From assembly GCA_002269645.1 (NCBI GenBank), contig NIVC01000938.1, positions 1 through 64,000 on the forward strand: DNA of 64,000 nt. The letters run 5' to 3'. Below, piece by piece: positions 26,510 through 36,935 of this stretch (positions are counted from its first letter, which is position 1; the number at the start of each line of letters is the position of its first letter). Both the position numbers and the translations under genes were made by a program. The DNA is from Macrostomum lignano. Lineage: Eukaryota. The notes under the pieces were generated by a model that saw nothing but the letters and a program-made list of their open reading frames with translations, searched no databases and was not told the origin of the DNA.

Positions 26510-27638
26510 CCCTTTTCTAGGCAAGTTGTCACCCATGCTCGCGTACTAATTGTTTCTTTGAATTTGCTGTTCCTTTTTGCTTCGTTCGAATCAGGATTAT
26601 ATATTTGTCTATGGCTCAAACCACGAAAATCTCCACCCATTCATGATCATTCATATTCATGATCGTGCTACGTCTTGATACAGCAGTAAATTCAATCGGT
26701 TCTTGGTTGGACGTGGTGCGCAATTGTTTAAGTTCTATTTATCAGCATTCACGGCACGTTTCCTTGTCTCATGTTAATATACATCTATTTAGAGTTAATG
26801 GCTTCAATGCTAATAATGTCATACGTGTACGAGCTAAGATTTGGTAAACTGTAAATTTTAAGGCTAAGGTCAGATTTCATATACTACTGACTACAAAAAT
26901 AAAAAATACATAGGCGGTGTGCAATATACCTATGTAAAGTATTTATTATTTCAGAACCTTTTATCACTACTTACTTCAGTGTATATAACTTTGCTCATTC
27001 TTTCTATTAGCAATCGAATCAACTGTTTTACAGATGGCAAATAGCATTCAAAGAAATTACACGGAGCGGAGAGATACGAGATTAAACACAACAAGTCAGT
27101 TGTTTGTTGATGTTTGCTGTTATAATTCTAAGTATCCAATTTAGAATATTAGAATATTAGGCTGAACTGACAGCTCTTACTTCCGTACCAGTCGGATTCA
27201 GCAATGCTCAACTTCAGACAAAACTGTTTGCCACGTCAGAGATAATTCTATTATACTCGTTCATTGTGTAGACTAAGGCAGAGAGATACAACTGAGAGTT
27301 GACGAAGCCTCTTGGCGTTTATTAGATCGATACGCAGGTTAAATACGATACAACGATTGTTACATAACTGGGTATAAAAGATAGAGACAGGGGTGGGTGA
27401 AAAGCACGTACATGCTGTACAATAGCAACCCCCACCCCGCTCTAGCGACTGGCGCATACAAGTACACTTGCAACTCACTACAATCCTCCCCGGCGAAAAG
27501 GATCAATAACATTCGAACGAATAATTCGAAGGAAACATAAGAACATTAAAACATTCGAAACAATATTGGTATAAAGAATTTCTCGCTTTCAAATAATTTG
27601 CAACAGTCAGTAGAACAGTCACTGAGTCAATCAAAAAT

Positions 27639-30600
27639 TCAACCGGCCACATAGCGATCCACCGGCATCCGCCTACGCACCGGGTAGCGTCTCGGGGGCG
27701 GCTCCTCGTCCGCCTCATCGCCGCCGTGCGCCGCGTGCGCAAAGGGCGGCTGCAGGAAGCGCTCTCCGTCAGGGACTGGCAGGATCCGCGGCCGCAGACG
27801 ATTCACATTCACCCTGCGGGTCCGGCCGTTCTCGATCTTTCGAATTTCGACTACCAGATCCCGCTGCGACAGCACCTGCCAGCCCGGCTCCCAGTACGGC
27901 GCCAGCTTGGAGCCCCTCAGCTCGATGCGCAGCAGGACCTTGTCTCCAGGACTGAACGTGCGCAGCTGCCCGGTCGACCTGTCGTAGCCGCTCTTTTGCT
28001 CGCCAGCCGCCTGCACCAGATGCTCCTCGACAAACTCTCGAATTCGCAGCAGGTCGCCCTCGAGCTTGTCGGCGTAGGTGCGCACGTCATAGAATCGCCT
28101 GGACTGCTGGCTGATGACCGGCAGGCTCGGATCGCGCCCGGTGAACACCTTCAGTGGCGGCAGCTGTGTTGAGCAGTGCACCCGGGAATTGTAGGACAGC
28201 AGGATCAGTGGCAGCTTGTCCTCCCACTCGCTCTCTCGCTCGGTGAAACACCTGAGTAACTGCAGCACTGACTTGTTGCCCGACTCTGCTAATCCGTTGC
28301 CTTTGGGATTGTAAGCCGTTGTTCTTGTCTTCGTGACTCCCAGGCCTCGCAGAGTGTCTTGAAAAAGCTGAGACTCGAAATTCGGTCCTTGATCGGAGTG
28401 GATGACTCGGGGAAGTCCAGTCTGGGAGCAGATGGAGAGGAAGGCGCGAGCAGTAGTCTCAGCAGTCTGGTCAGGAATCGCCACGGCCGTCAGGTACTTG
28501 GAAAATTGATCCTGAGCCACCAGCAGGTATTTGTTGCCGCGCGATGATGGCGCCACCTTGACGATGTCGATAGCCACAGAATCCCACGGCGAGCCGATTG
28601 GCAGTTCTCCGAGTGGCGCGCTGGTCCGCGAGCCCGCTTTCTTCTCCTGACAGACAGAACAACTCTGACAGTGTTGCACGATGTCTTCAGCCATGCCGGG
28701 CCAGTAGGCGGTCAGTTTCAGTGTGCGGTAGCATTTCTCGGCTCCGAAATGACCTCCCAGACCTTCGTGAGCGTTGGTCAAAAACTGTTGTCGAAGCCGC
28801 GCTGGCACCACTGGAACCTCCCGCAGGCCGTCCGGGTCATTGAACTTGCGCAGTAGAACCCCGTCATTATCCAGCTTCAGCTTCTTCCAGATTCTGCCGA
28901 GTTGCTGCAGTGGCCCTGCTCGCCATCTGGGTGCAATTTCTGCGTCCTTGTCCATCGCCTGAATCACCTGGCTGAGCTCCGGGTCATGCCGCTGCGCAGT
29001 TTTGAGCTCTTCAGTGTCGATTTCCGGAGTCAGCTGCGTAGCTGCGACTTCTTGGCCGTGCAGTCTGGACAGCGCGTCAGCATCTGTGTTCTCAACGCCT
29101 CTTCGGTACTTGACGGTGAAGTCGAACTCTTGAAGCAGCAGACGCCATCGTCCTAGCCTTCCGTAGCTGTCAACTCTCTGTGAATCGATGTAGGTGAGCG
29201 GGCAGTGATCCGTGTGCACCGTGAAATGCTTGCCGAGAAGATAGTGGCGAAAAACTTTGAATGCGTGCAAGATGGCCAGGCACTCCTTTTCTGTCGCAGA
29301 GTATTTCTTCTCAGCTGAATTGAATGCGCGGCTTGAGAACTCGATCACCGCCTCGCCTTGCTTCAGAATTGCACCGACTCCGCTGCCACTGGCATCCGTG
29401 AAGACTGAGAACTCCTTAGTGAAATCCGGGTTCACCAGGATCGGAGGACTAATTAGGCACCTTTTGAGCTCGTCGAAGGCCGTCTGGCATTCCGAAGTCC
29501 AGTCAAATGGGACGCCCTTGCCAGTCAGATGGTGCAGCGGTGCGGCGATGACAGCGAAGTTGGCTACATGGCGTCGGTATTGGTTGCACAGGCCGATGAA
29601 CTGACGCACCTCCTTGGCTGACCTCGGCTCTCTCCACTGCTGAATTGCCTCCAGCTTCTCCTGGCTGGGCTGGGCACCATCCTTTGAATACCGTGTGCCG
29701 AGAAAGGTCACTTCGGGTACCGCGATCTTGCACTTGGAGCCTCTTAATGTCAGTCCGGCTGCTCGAAGTCGCTCGAAGGTCTCTCGAAGTTGCCGCAGAT
29801 GATCCGACTTGGTCTTTGAGAAGCACAGGCTGTCATCGAAGAACGTGAAGACGAAATCGCAGCCGTTGAAAACTTTTGACATTAGCATGCAGAATGTGCT
29901 TGGGCCCCCCGACAGACCTTGGGGCATTCTCTTAAATTGGTACAGCGGCATCCCTGGTCCCGGACAGAAAGCAGTTTTTAGCTTGTCTTCTTCTGCCATC
30001 GGAATTTGAAAATAGCCTCCATTGAGATCCAACACAGAGAACACTGAACTGCCTGCGATTCGATCTCTTGCCTCCTCCATCAACGGAATTCCCTGTGCAG
30101 AGCGAATAGTCTTCTTGTTGATCTCTCGATAGTCTATGGTCAGGCGGAGACTGCCATCCTTCTTTGTCACGTACACCGGTGGGGCCACGTACGGACTTTC
30201 GCTCAGCTCTATCACGTCGTTCTCCAGCAGTTCCTGAATCAGCTGCTCTACCTTCTCCCGGTAATGCACAGGCATTCGGCGCGGTGGCACTCGGACAGGT
30301 ACTTCATCCGAGAGAACAATTCGGTGCTGTTGCAGATGAGTTAGTCCCGGCTTTTTCTTGAACAAGTCTTTGAACTCCACCAGCAGCCGTTGTACATCAG
30401 GGTCGTCGGTAGTCGGCAACTCGAACTCTTCACAGCTGAACTCGGGGACGAGTGCGTCTTCGATGTCAACTGGATCGTCGGTGTCAGCCTGGAATCTGGT
30501 GCTGCAGACTTGGCCGGCTTCTTGTGAAGATCCTGTGAAGTCCAGTTGCAAATTATGCTTGCCGATGAAGTCGACTCCAACAATGACAGGGCAGACCAAA

Positions 30601-30995
30601 CCTGACACAACGAAAAACAACTGCCGAGCTGTCACTCCACCGACTGTAAGTGGCAATTCGATTTGCCGTTCTATGCTAATTGGCTGCTTGTTCACTGAAT
30701 GAAGTTGCACTCTGGCTGCAGTTGCCTGTCTGAGCTGGGATTTTGTCAGGATGCTGGACTCAACTAGTGAGCACTGGCTTCCGGTGTCTAACAGCGCCTT
30801 CACACTTCTGCCATCAAGCTTGCACTCACACTGCGATAGTCGGTCGGGCGCTACGCTGCATCCGTCGAAGATCCCGCCGACTGTGAGCGCCGGCCTTGAA
30901 GCCGCTGCTGCTGGGCCCGCAGTTACTGCTGGCCGGGGTTGCGGGCCCGCACACCCCAGCCTCTGGCGTTTCCCGGCTGTCGCCTGCTGTAGCAA
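27639..30995 (-). CDS. pol: Gypsy Pol (protease-RT-RNase H-integrase), -1 frame relative to gag
   Basis: Uninterrupted 1118 aa with ALLDTGS (aspartic protease), LDLNGGYFQI / MPQGL / FFDD (RT), TDASG..EKECLA..TDH (RNase H), and H..GHF..C..C plus DIV..HSDQG..NGLAE (integrase). Confidence 0.97.
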   Translation of the reverse strand: MLQQATAGKRQRLGCAGPQPRPAVTAGPAAAASRPALTVGGIFDGCSVAPDRLSQCECKLDGRSVKALLDTGSQCSLVESSILTKSQLRQATAARVQLHSVNKQPISIERQIELPLTVGGVTARQLFFVVSGLVCPVIVGVDFIGKHNLQLDFTGSSQEAGQVCSTRFQADTDDPVDIEDALVPEFSCEEFELPTTDDPDVQRLLVEFKDLFKKKPGLTHLQQHRIVLSDEVPVRVPPRRMPVHYREKVEQLIQELLENDVIELSESPYVAPPVYVTKKDGSLRLTIDYREINKKTIRSAQGIPLMEEARDRIAGSSVFSVLDLNGGYFQIPMAEEDKLKTAFCPGPGMPLYQFKRMPQGLSGGPSTFCMLMSKVFNGCDFVFTFFDDSLCFSKTKSDHLRQLRETFERLRAAGLTLRGSKCKIAVPEVTFLGTRYSKDGAQPSQEKLEAIQQWREPRSAKEVRQFIGLCNQYRRHVANFAVIAAPLHHLTGKGVPFDWTSECQTAFDELKRCLISPPILVNPDFTKEFSVFTDASGSGVGAILKQGEAVIEFSSRAFNSAEKKYSATEKECLAILHAFKVFRHYLLGKHFTVHTDHCPLTYIDSQRVDSYGRLGRWRLLLQEFDFTVKYRRGVENTDADALSRLHGQEVAATQLTPEIDTEELKTAQRHDPELSQVIQAMDKDAEIAPRWRAGPLQQLGRIWKKLKLDNDGVLLRKFNDPDGLREVPVVPARLRQQFLTNAHEGLGGHFGAEKCYRTLKLTAYWPGMAEDIVQHCQSCSVCQEKKAGSRTSAPLGELPIGSPWDSVAIDIVKVAPSSRGNKYLLVAQDQFSKYLTAVAIPDQTAETTARAFLSICSQTGLPRVIHSDQGPNFESQLFQDTLRGLGVTKTRTTAYNPKGNGLAESGNKSVLQLLRCFTERESEWEDKLPLILLSYNSRVHCSTQLPPLKVFTGRDPSLPVISQQSRRFYDVRTYADKLEGDLLRIREFVEEHLVQAAGEQKSGYDRSTGQLRTFSPGDKVLLRIELRGSKLAPYWEPGWQVLSQRDLVVEIRKIENGRTRRVNVNRLRPRILPVPDGERFLQPPFAHAAHGGDEADEEPPPRRYPVRRRMPVDRYVAG
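30913..30974 (-). promoter_or_regulatory. Predicted -1 ribosomal frameshift signal (G GGA AAC + pseudoknot)
   Basis: The heptamer at 30968-30974 is in the correct gag frame. After a 6-nt spacer, GGCTGGGGT pairs with ACCCCGGCC, and loop GGGCCCGCA is complementary to downstream TGCGGGCCC. Confidence 0.8.
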
Positions 30996-31732
30996 TCTCT
31001 GGCAATGTGGCCGGCCTTGTGGCAGTTGTAGCAGATGATGTCAGACTTCGAACGGTGCTGCGGTCTCGTTGTGCTGCTCGTCCTCACTCCACAGGCTGCC
31101 AGCTGCTGCAGCTGGGAACTCAGGGTGCTCACCGATGCCTGCAGACTCTGCACAGTGTCCCGCAGCTCCTGAACTTCGCTGGATTGGCTCGACTGAGGTT
31201 GCACCGCTGCTGCTGGGATGCTTGGCGAGCTGTGCTGCATCAGTAGCTGGGCCTTTTGAAGCGCTTGCTCTGAGGTCTTAACGCTGGAGTCCGCGCGAAT
31301 CTGCCAGCTCACGGATTCGGGAAGGCCACAGACGAACTGATGGAACAGCAGAGCCTCTTGAGCATCTTTGTTGTCCACGGAGGAGCTTTTGAGCATCTTC
31401 TTTAACTCGTAAAGATACATGCGTGGAGTCTCATTCGACAAAATCTTCCTTGATTTGAACGCCTCCATGACGGCGAAGTGCTCGCGGTTCGGGTGGAATG
31501 CATCATCCAATGCCTGGACTACTTTGTCGTAGTCTGCCTGATCTCCTGCCGACAGTTCCAAATAAACGACGAGAGCCTCGCCATCCAAAAATGTGGCCAG
31601 TCGCTCCGCTTTGCACGTGTCCCACTTGTTGACTTTTGCGCATACATTGAAACGCTGCAGCCATTCCTTAAAGTTGCCGGTACTGAAAACTCTGGGCAGC
31701 GCTGCACTGGCGGTCAAACCTTTCTCAGCCAT
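30923..31732 (-). CDS. gag: Gypsy Gag with CCHC zinc knuckle
   Basis: 269-aa ORF beginning just after the PBS, containing CYNCHKAGHIARDC. Confidence 0.95.
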   Translation of the reverse strand: MAEKGLTASAALPRVFSTGNFKEWLQRFNVCAKVNKWDTCKAERLATFLDGEALVVYLELSAGDQADYDKVVQALDDAFHPNREHFAVMEAFKSRKILSNETPRMYLYELKKMLKSSSVDNKDAQEALLFHQFVCGLPESVSWQIRADSSVKTSEQALQKAQLLMQHSSPSIPAAAVQPQSSQSSEVQELRDTVQSLQASVSTLSSQLQQLAACGVRTSSTTRPQHRSKSDIICYNCHKAGHIARDCYSRRQPGNARGWGVRARNPGQQ

Positions 31733-33164
31733 TCTAGAATAATTTGCTCTGCTACCAGTTGTAGACTAAGGCAGAGAGATACAACTGAGAGTTGACGAAG
31801 CCTCTTGGCGTTTATTAGATCGATACGCAGGTTAAATACGATACAACGATTGTTACATAACTGGGTATAAAAGATAGAGACAGGGGTGGGTGAAAAGCAC
31901 GTACATGCTGTACAATAGCAACCCCCACCCCGCTCTAGCGACTGGCGCATACAAGTACACTTGCAACTCACTACAATTGCAGCTAGCAATATAGCATTTC
32001 GTTCGTAGGCGTAGTAGTCCCTATTCTTTGGCACCAGCTCCGCCTTAATGTTCATGTCCAGGATGATGATGTCCACATTTTTGTTATAGGAATTGATTAT
32101 CCGCAGGCGCACTTTCAGTTCTCCGAGAGGTTGATGAGTTTTATCCCTAAAATTATTAATACATTTAATTAGTCACCTAATAATTAGTAATTAGTTCAAA
32201 TGCTTATGCTTCTACGCTTAATTATCTTAATTATTATCTCGTATAATAACAATTAAAACAAAATATTCGTTTTGTCTTACCAAGAGTACCAATCTCCGTT
32301 TTCGGTAATTTGAAGGATGTGAAGCATATTTCTCATATCCGAAGGGTAGTTATTAATGACTGAGGACAACATTGAGACGGGGACATTAGCGTGGTTGACT
32401 GACCTGTCCCGCCTCAGCCAAGACTTGATGAGGCAGTTGTTGCAGATCACACCGGGGGGCACTGTCACCTTGTTGACTAGGTCTAGCATCAAGCTCCGAG
32501 TGCTCCGCCCGCTGAATGCTTGGCCCGGTCCAACTGTGCCAACTGTGAATTTGCATGTACATGCGAATGCAGATTGAAGGACGCGTTTGAACTGACACTT
32601 ACACATAGTTCAGGACACTAAGCTTATGCGTTTTAAATTTTTTCTATAAGAATTCGTACTGGCTTTCTAAATTTACTTTCAAAAGCTCATTGAAATAATT
32701 ACAATCCTTCTACAAGGCTTGGTAAATACAGATGGAAAGAGTTCGAAATAGCTCTCACAGTTAAGGGCACTTTCTTCAAAGGAGACCGCAGTGCTGCCTA
32801 TGACAGACAGGATGGCCACAAAAAGAGCGCATTTGTAAACGAGCACCATTTCTTCTCTGCTTTGCAAGTTAATTTATAATTAATATTTCGCCAAGATTGG
32901 AAAGACTTATTTCCTATTATAAATATTCCAACTTATATACCTAACTAAAAAGCCATATTACGCCGATCGAGAAGTGTCAATCTGTCAGGGCATTGTGAGA
33001 AACTCACAGCTTCAACGTACGCTCGCACGGAAAACAGCCAACGGTCAAATTAAGTTATGCGACATGCATAGACTGCATGTGTTGATACTCTATATTTGCT
33101 ACATGTCAACTAAACTCAACTGAAACCGAAAACTTCACGAGCGAGCTTCTCCAGCGAATCTCCA

Positions 33165-33827
33165 GGGGCCTATTTCATAAAGCACTTGTCGGACAAATTA
33201 CGAGTGACAAGTGACGATTCCAAAAAATAATGCGTTTCATAAAAAAAACAAGTACAACTTGACAAATCGACAAGTTACAAGTGACAAGTGACAAGCGAAA
33301 TTTGACAAATTACAAGCGTTTCTTCGGGATTTTCGTCCATAGACATGCACTAAGCTGGATGCTTCTGTGTGAAAATACTTCCTCTTGTCATGTGTTTTTG
33401 ACAAGTCGCTGTGACACTTGTAGCTTTTATCAAATCGTTTTCTTATGTTTTATCTTTTCAAGTCCGATAGCGAAGACGAAGAATTAGAGCTCCTAGTGGC
33501 TCTAGGACCTGCGCAAAGAGTTTTTAAAGAACGAATCAACTTTCAGCCTCAGGGCCTTTACTTTTCCGAACGCTTCCGTCTCCGAATGGATCAGGTGGAG
33601 ACTCTTTTACAAACTATCGGTCCGGTGATTGAACATGGTACGCTCAGGAACAAAGCCCTAACAGCTCAAGAGCAACTTTTGAGCACTTTAAGATTTCTGG
33701 CTTTACTTTAACACTAGTAACGCGTGATGTTTATGAAACCAAAATCGTTGACGCTTGACACACTTATCACTTGTCATCTGTCGACTTGTCACTTGTCACT
33801 TGTAGTTTTTTTTATGAAATCGGCCCC
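33165..33827 (+). mobile_element. Internally deleted PIF/Harbinger element
   Basis: TIRs GGGGCCTATTTCATAAA / TTTATGAAATCGGCCCC with subterminal GTGACAA/TTGTCAC repeats. ORF 33445-33711 (FSERFRLRMDQVETLL..RNKALTAQEQLLSTLRFLA) resembles the N-terminus of Harbinger/HARBI1 transposases. No exact TSD was found. Confidence 0.8.
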
Positions 33828-34344
33828 AATAACTTGGAAATGCATTACTGTAGGATCATCACTACCGACTCTAGACCATAATAGTTAATATCGACCATTA
33901 GACTAGGGACCATAGACTCTTTGGATCTATCCTAGTCTCGGACTCTGAGAGCCATATAGACTCTCGGCCCAAAGACTACTTAACAACTCAGGACGCTACA
34001 CCCGCGAATGGAAGAAATTCTAGAAAAGGCCGCTTGATTTGGCTGTCTATGGTTTTTTAATAGGCCTTTTGGATAAAGAAGCAAGTACTAAGTGATAGGT
34101 TGTGAGTAGCGTAGCTACTCTGGGTTACGAACACGTCGGGGAGGGGCCGCCCCGGGCCTGTGTGGGCTCTCCGTTGTGCATGCTCTGTCTGGCGGGGGGA
34201 GTGGGTGCTTGAGTCCCATCACCCCCACCCCGGCCCTTGGGGGTTTTTAGGCCGCGCGGGGCTGCTCTGGCCCAGCTACCCTGTCTCGCGTTAGCAAGCT
34301 CATTTTTTTCAGCCATAGTGCACCGGTCAGCCAACTTGCTAAGC

Positions 34345-35385
34345 ATGAATCACAACAGCGAAGACACTGCTGAAAAGCGCCTAGAAAACTATACCGCACG
34401 CGAGTTAAGGCGTATGCTGGAACAACATGGTCTGTCCAGTTCTGGGAAGAAGGCAATCCTCATAGATCGCCTACGATCGGCACGCCATGATGACACCGAT
34501 GAGACGCTAACAACTACGGCCAACGAGACAGCAGAGAGCGGCCCGGGAGGACGGCAGGCGGCGTCGGACCTGGATGTTCAAGCGGAAATCCAAGCTGCAG
34601 AGAGGCGCATCCGGCTGCTGGAACTCCAGGCAAAAGAGCGACAACTCAGAAGAGAGGCCCAAGCGTCGGAGGATCTCGAACCCCACCGGGTGGCATCTGA
34701 GAACCCGGAAGACCTTGGTGAGTTACTCAGCGCTGTTAAAAATGAGGCCACCCAGGACCAATGCTCGAAGCCCCAAATAGACAGAGTTAGACAACAGAGA
34801 CAGGTGATGCTCGTCGCGGACTTCCTCGGGGACGCATCCCGTTCGGCCGATGCCGTCCTGGCCCAGGGCGCGGAGGGCCAACTTGTGCTCCGAGGAGCCA
34901 AAAGCAGCAACATGAAACCAGAGGCGGTGTCCATCGGGCAGTGAATCATGGCAAACGCCCGGATCCTCGAGTATCTCCTCAAAATGGGACAACTCACGGA
35001 TCAAACAGTCTCAGAATACTTGCAATACAACGTGCAAATCGGAGAGCTCCTCGACTGCGGCTATGATACAGCTCGGGTGATGCGATTTGATGACAGCTTC
35101 CGACGCGCACAAGCCTCCACGGGGTGCTCTTGGGCCCAGCAGAACTTCTCACTCATCGCCCGGCATCTGGTAGCTCCGCAGGCAACAGCGACAAAGCAGC
35201 GTCCGCCAAAGCCACAGACAACTGTCAGGACAGCTCAGGGCATCCCCGTCTGCCGTGTCTTCAACCTACCAGCCGGCTGCCGTTTCCCAAAGTGCAAGTA
35301 TGCTCACGTGTGCCGCATATGCTTGCAGCCGGACCACACGGAGTCCCGGCACGGAACTGGCGGGATACCGACGACAAAAAACTAG
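34345..35385 (+). pseudogene. Ngaro ORF1 (gag-like) with N-terminal SAP-like motif and C-terminal Cys/His fingers; in-frame TGA at 34942-34944
   Basis: YTARELRRMLEQHGLSSSGKKAILIDRL (SAP consensus). The two ORFs (34237-34944, 34948-35385) share one frame across SIGQ*IMANARIL. The C-terminus is CRVFNLPAGCRFPKCKYAHVCRICLQPDH. Confidence 0.8.
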
Positions 35386-36900
35386 AGAGCGGCGGGGTAG
35401 CGAACCCCGCCGCGTGCGGCCCCACGCGGCCTCCTGCTGATTTTAACTCCACTTTTATCCCTGACGCTCTTCGCAGCAACAACACCGACATGAATCTAGC
35501 TGCTTGGTCTAGAGTTCTTCAAGAGGATGATGACCGTGAATTTCTTATGCAAGGCCTCCACGAGGGGTTTCGCCTGACCACCGAGTACTCATTTCGCCTA
35601 TCAGAGGTCGAGAACTACGGCTCATGCAAGCCGAACGAGAGTAAGGTCGAAAAGCAGATTTACCGCGAGATCGAGTTAGGCCGCTACCGGCGTGTCGCGA
35701 AGAGACCCACGAAAGTTTCGGCCATCGGCGCCATCGCCAAACCGGATGGCAATGTTCGGCTCATTCACGACTGTAGCGCTCCGAAAGGTAACAGCGTGAA
35801 CTCCCATTTCACGGCTCCCTACAAGATCAAATTCGAGACGATCAGCGACTTGACCTCGAAGCTGCAACCGGGGGCTTTCATTGCGAAGATTGATTTGAAG
35901 GAAGCGTACCGAGCCGTGCCCGTTCATCCGTCCAACTGGGACGTTCTCGGCCTCAAGTGGAAGTTCAGCGACAGCACGCAGCCAATCTACCTGGTGGACA
36001 CCCGCCTGCCGTTCGGCGCCGCGGCGTCGGTGTACCACTTTAACCGGTTGTCGCAAGCAATCACCCAGGCGATGCGACGCAGCGGCTTCAATGGTATCTG
36101 CGGTTATCTCGACGACTGGGCCGTCACGGCCCCAACCAAGAGTGAGTGCTCTGCAGCATACGAGCGTCTGCTGACTCTGGTCCAGGAACTCGGCTTCGAA
36201 GTCAACTGGCAGAAGGTCGTCCCACCCAGCCAACGCCTCATCTTCCTGGGTGTCGAGCTTGACACGCGCACAGGCAAGATGAACCTGCCGGCCGACAAGC
36301 GCCTTGCCCTGACAGAGCTGATTGAGGACTGTAGCGCAAAAAGCGTCATCACCAGCAAGAAGCTACAACGACTGTGTGGCAAGCTCAGTTGGTTCTGCAC
36401 CGTGGCTAGGCGCGCGCGCCCTTTTCTACGTGATCTGCTGAAGCTATGCGACCAGCACGACGGAGGTCGTATTCCGGTATCCAACGGTCTTAGGTGCACC
36501 CTGAACTGGTGGAGACAAGCCGTTTTCACTCTCTTCAGCGCGCCCATCTGGCCGCAGTTCTCCCGGCGGATTGTCATCGAGTCCGACTCATGTCTCGAGG
36601 GCGCATGCTGCGTCATCCGAGAGAACGGCGGTGTCAATTGGCTGTACGTTAATTGGCAGCTGGACGCTGGAGCTGCTTTTAGCGGGCTGCACATCAACTT
36701 CAAAGAAGCGCTGGCCCCTTTGCTGTGCACCCTGCGCCAGCCGGACGCGTTTGAACACGTCAAGACAGCAGCGCCGCGGCGGGCCTCATCAACCGGCTGT
36801 CCTCCGGCTGTCAGCAGGTCAACGAAGTCATGAAGACTGTTGCGCTCCTCTGCATGCGGCGTAACGTCGAGATCAGGGCTTTCATGTCCCTGGTGCTTTC
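35124..36900 (+). pseudogene. Ngaro RT-RNase H, frameshifted near 3' end
   Basis: RLIHDCS, KIDLKEAYR, LPFG, GYLDDW, ESDSCLEG, HINFKE; the RNase H tail (GLINRLSSG..HVPG) continues in other frames. Confidence 0.9.
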
Positions 36901-36935
36901 CAAGTGTTTAGTGACCCGGGTTCCAGACTCCATAC

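Larger units (their letters stand above)
27267..31975 (-). mobile_element. Full-length Ty3/gypsy LTR retrotransposon
   Basis: The 216-bp LTRs (27267-27482, 31760-31975; TG...CA) are identical by eye, with a 4-bp TSD ATTG (27263-27266, 31976-31979). The PBS TGGTAGCAGAGC (31746-31757, minus) is initiator tRNA-Met type, and a purine tract GGGGAGGA precedes the 3' LTR. Confidence 0.98.
27214..32849 (-). pseudogene. Uncharacterised secreted protein, paralog B, last exon interrupted by gypsy element
   Basis: 5' exon MVLVYKCALFVAILSVIGSTAVSFEESALN; middle exon STRSLMLDLVN..CNNCLIKSWLRRDR. Removing the LTR element and one TSD restores ..YAYERNAILLAA-MNEYNRIISDVANSFV* (stop 27214-27216), which aligns with paralog A. 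Confidence 0.8.

Noticed and set aside
27726-30702. Multiple + strand ORFs within gypsy
   Set aside because: Antisense shadows of the GC-rich pol frame, with no motifs of their own.
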